NCBI GenBank assembly: GCA_022813965.1
Contig: JALDZS010000001.1
Location: forward strand, 310,001 to 374,000
DNA from: Toensbergia leucococca
Taxonomy: Eukaryota
DNA length: 64,000 nucleotides
Direction: 5' to 3'
Below the pieces are notes generated by a model. It was not told where the DNA came from and did not search any database. It was given only the letters and a program-made list of their open reading frames with translations. Below are positions 61,022 through 64,000 of the stretch, in pieces; position 1 is the stretch's first letter; each line of letters opens with the position of its first letter. Position numbers and translations under genes: made by a program.

Positions 61022-64000
61022 TCAGATAGTCACTCTTCTTCCCGTAGCCACACCTGCACCCACGCCCGCTCCCCGACGTTCCCCAAAATTGTGTAGCCTT
61101 TCCCCAATCAAATACACCTCGTCTCTTATCTTCTGTCTCCACCCCTTAAACGCTCGCCCTAATAGAAAACAGAATCCCACGAGCATTGCAATTGCTAGCA
61201 AAGCAGGGTAGCTGTACCGATATACGTAAGTCGTGACCATATCCCCACCGTTGGTAAAGTACGTTTTATTTGCAACCCACCCCAATGGTAGTGGCATGCC
61301 AATGGCAACAAGCATGGCCACCGAGGCAGGCAAGATAAAACCACGCGTTGCAAGTCTAATGTCTGGATCTGACCATCCGTTCCTTACGATGGCCCGGAGC
61401 GCTTCTGCAGGCCGTGATGGCGAGCTCCAGAGGATAAGACGGCCCGCCATCTTGATGTAAAGTACCCCAAGCGTCCAATCTTGAATGAAGTGGATAATGT
61501 GACGATCTCCAGAACCGCCAAAGTAGGTATGAAGAGGAATGACAAGATAAAATTCCATCATTAGTGCAAATAGAGATGGTAGGAGGAAGGCGAAGGAGAA
61601 AATAGTATACAAAAGGCCGAGGATCCGAACCATATAGTATGCGGTTTGGCGAAGGGTAGCAACGTTGGATTTCTTGTGAGGATTGAATTTGTGATGGAGG
61701 ACAGAGAGCAGGTTGCGGTATTGCAATACGGCGTAGAGAATGCCACCGAGGAGATAGATGCCGATCGAGAATGCGTAAATATCGTTCATGCGGACATGTT
61801 GGGGTATCAGGTTGGCGAATATCAAGCGGCCTAGTACCAGAGGGATGATGGTTATACCTACCCCGGTGACAGCAGCGAATAGCCATATTAGGGAGATAAA
61901 CAGGCTTATACGGAGACGGAAGAACGGAGGAACATAGACGTCTGAGAACATTTTGTTTTGACGACCATGGAGGCCTTCGTTGGTATCTGCTTGCCCGTCT
62001 ACCCTTTCACCTTCTTCATCGATTTCAATAAACGTGGGGGTACCTTTGGGAAGTCGTACTTGATCAGACGCTGGTGCTCTGACGTATCGTCCATCGCGAA
62101 CGAAGACAGCTCGTGTCTGTTCATATTCTGCAAGTATGCGCCGTTCAACACCTATGACCGGCCTTCCCGCATCTGCCCGCTTTCCAGAAATCAGGTCGCG
62201 CCATGTGCGATTCATATGCCGACCTTCTTCATCTTCTTTTCTTTCCCCAAATAGAAAATGGGTAAGCCGCAACACCCTGGCACACTTATGAAACCACCAG
62301 CCGTACATTTTGTTCAGCCCCTCAGATGGTTTGAAAAATTTGACTGCCAAAGGCATTAGGAAATTATAAAAAAGTAAATCCACCGGAAATTCTAGGACAG
62401 GCTCGTTGGAGGACCAATGGATTGGCAGGACGTCAACAAATGCATAGGAGATGCCCCACACCACGCCACCGAGACATAGAATGACTAGTGCACCATAGAC
62501 CAATGCACTGAATGCGATTTTTCGGAGCTGTGTAGAGACACTGCGTTCCAGGACATCACGGACTGGATGGAAAGTTGGATCATCGGGATCGCGGATGAAA
62601 TCTGGGAGGGGATAGATTAGCAACGCCGTTGATATTTGTTCGGAGAGGTCACATACACAAAACACCAGTCCGCATGATCTTACGACACATAGAGACAAAC
62701 AAAGCAAAATGGAACATATAGCAGGTGCCGATGAACCAGTGAACGAAGAGGGAGGTATTTGGAGAAGTCAAGGTAAAGTTTATCCTTGACACGAGTGTGA
62801 CATTTCCAAACAGAGGAAGCAACGCAACATCTAGAAGTAGTCCACAGTAAAGAGGGAAGACTATCATCTCGATACTAATGATGACGATAACTTTCATGAC
62901 CCCCCCAGCTTGATAGAGAAGGTCGGCAAATGCACCTTGAGCTTTTTGTCCATTCTTTTTGCCTTGTAATAGAACACTCGCTTTTAGATATGTGGCGCCA
63001 ATGACAGAGAAAAGCGTATAACCTAAGATGATTGCCGTCGTTCGGTCTCTTGAATCCCAATATACCAATTCATAATCTAGCGGCGTCGTTCGCTGTGGGA
63101 TGTTAAGGCCCACACTCAGTGGGTTTATCTTGAGTAAAGATGGCGCAGAGTCCAAGGCGCCATGAGCCGCGACAATCGCTGAGCTTATGAAGGCACTTAT
63201 AACTGTTGTAACACTCAGGATAAGTAATTTACAGCACGACCAAATACTGGCGGCCCGAGGAGGTGAAGTATCAACAAGAGCGACGAGAGTAGCAACCGTA
63301 GCCTTTGCAAGATCCATCAGTCGCCCTTCGATAGTATGTAGTGATTGGTGCGCAACAATTGAGAATATAGGGATTTCGGAGTCGTAGAGACTGTCACCCG
63401 TAGCCATGAACGTCTTTGCAAGTCGCTCTAATGCACCCTCGGCATAGCTTTTGGCCGTCGTAGCTAGTACCCTGTTTTCCCTGACCTTGGCGACGAAGGG
63501 AATTCCCCAGCCCACTGGGGCAGAGATCAAGCGTATCACTGTGTCAACCCAATAGAATGCACATCCCGCAACAAATACGCAGCTATCTATAATGACATCC
63601 GCCGCAGTGGAAGCCCACCTGAGAGGCAACTTAATAAGCAGGGACACCGGATTAGTCAAGAAAACAAGGAAGACCTTGCCCGCAATGTAAGGTATCCAGA
63701 TACCAATGAACACGGTCACCGCAACAATGACGGCGCAGAACATAGCATTTTGTACCAATCCAGCCAGAGGCCCTTGCATGCCAACGAGCTCCATGATCCC
63801 TTCTAGGTCATCCCCATCATCAACCGCTTCAGCGTCATTAGCGTCGACTCCTACTCCTGCTTCTGCAGCGGCGGCAACCACTTCGGGATCTTGAGCTTGA
63901 TGGTCTACCGCAGCATCTTCTTCAATGACAGCCTGTCCATTTGCGACTGGAACGAATGGTGCTTCATCGGCGAAGTCGTGGACGATATGCTCGTCGTCTT
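61022..64000 (-). CDS. SSM4: ERAD E3 ubiquitin ligase Doa10/Ssm4 (MARCH6), 3' portion; the 5' end including the RING-CH lies beyond the window
   Basis: DDLEGIMELVGMQGP, KVIVIISIEMIVFPLYCGLLLD, HWFIGTCYMFHFALF..GVL/YFIRDPDDPTFHPVRDVLER, C-terminal IRDEVYLIGERLHNF. Intron about 62653-62603. Confidence 0.95.

Overview
Eukaryotic, intron-rich DNA from a filamentous ascomycete (Pezizomycotina), judged from GT-AG introns with CTRAC-type branch points and the gene families present. About 19 protein genes and one intron-containing tRNA-Pro(TGG) are supportable. The housekeeping backbone is an Nhp10-like INO80 subunit (partial), NUP82, CBC2, PDX2/SNO1, nudE, ACC1, SLC1, bimA/CDC27, a ZRT3-like ZIP transporter and DOA10/SSM4 (partial). 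Accessory-looking segments interrupt it. (i) 5.7-14.8 kb: a Cys-rich single-pass surface protein, an intronless CYP7-like P450, a PTH11-like receptor and an FMO, ending at the tRNA. (ii) 20.7-24.1 kb: a biuret/guanylurea-hydrolase-like cysteine hydrolase whose first exon encodes an apparent Mutator (MuDR) transposase zinc-finger domain in frame, followed by an amino-acid/choline-type permease. (iii) 40-43.5 kb: a repeat-rich island with a ~480 bp foldback/MITE and an intact PD-(D/E)xK nuclease-like gene. Further right lie a TALE homeobox gene in ~9 kb of non-coding DNA, a HeLo-pseudokinase-serine protease gene and a ferric reductase. The best candidates for new biology are the MuDR-finger/hydrolase fusion with its permease and the HeLo-pseudokinase-protease protein. 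All family calls come from motif recognition by eye, exon boundaries were read manually, and no searches were run.
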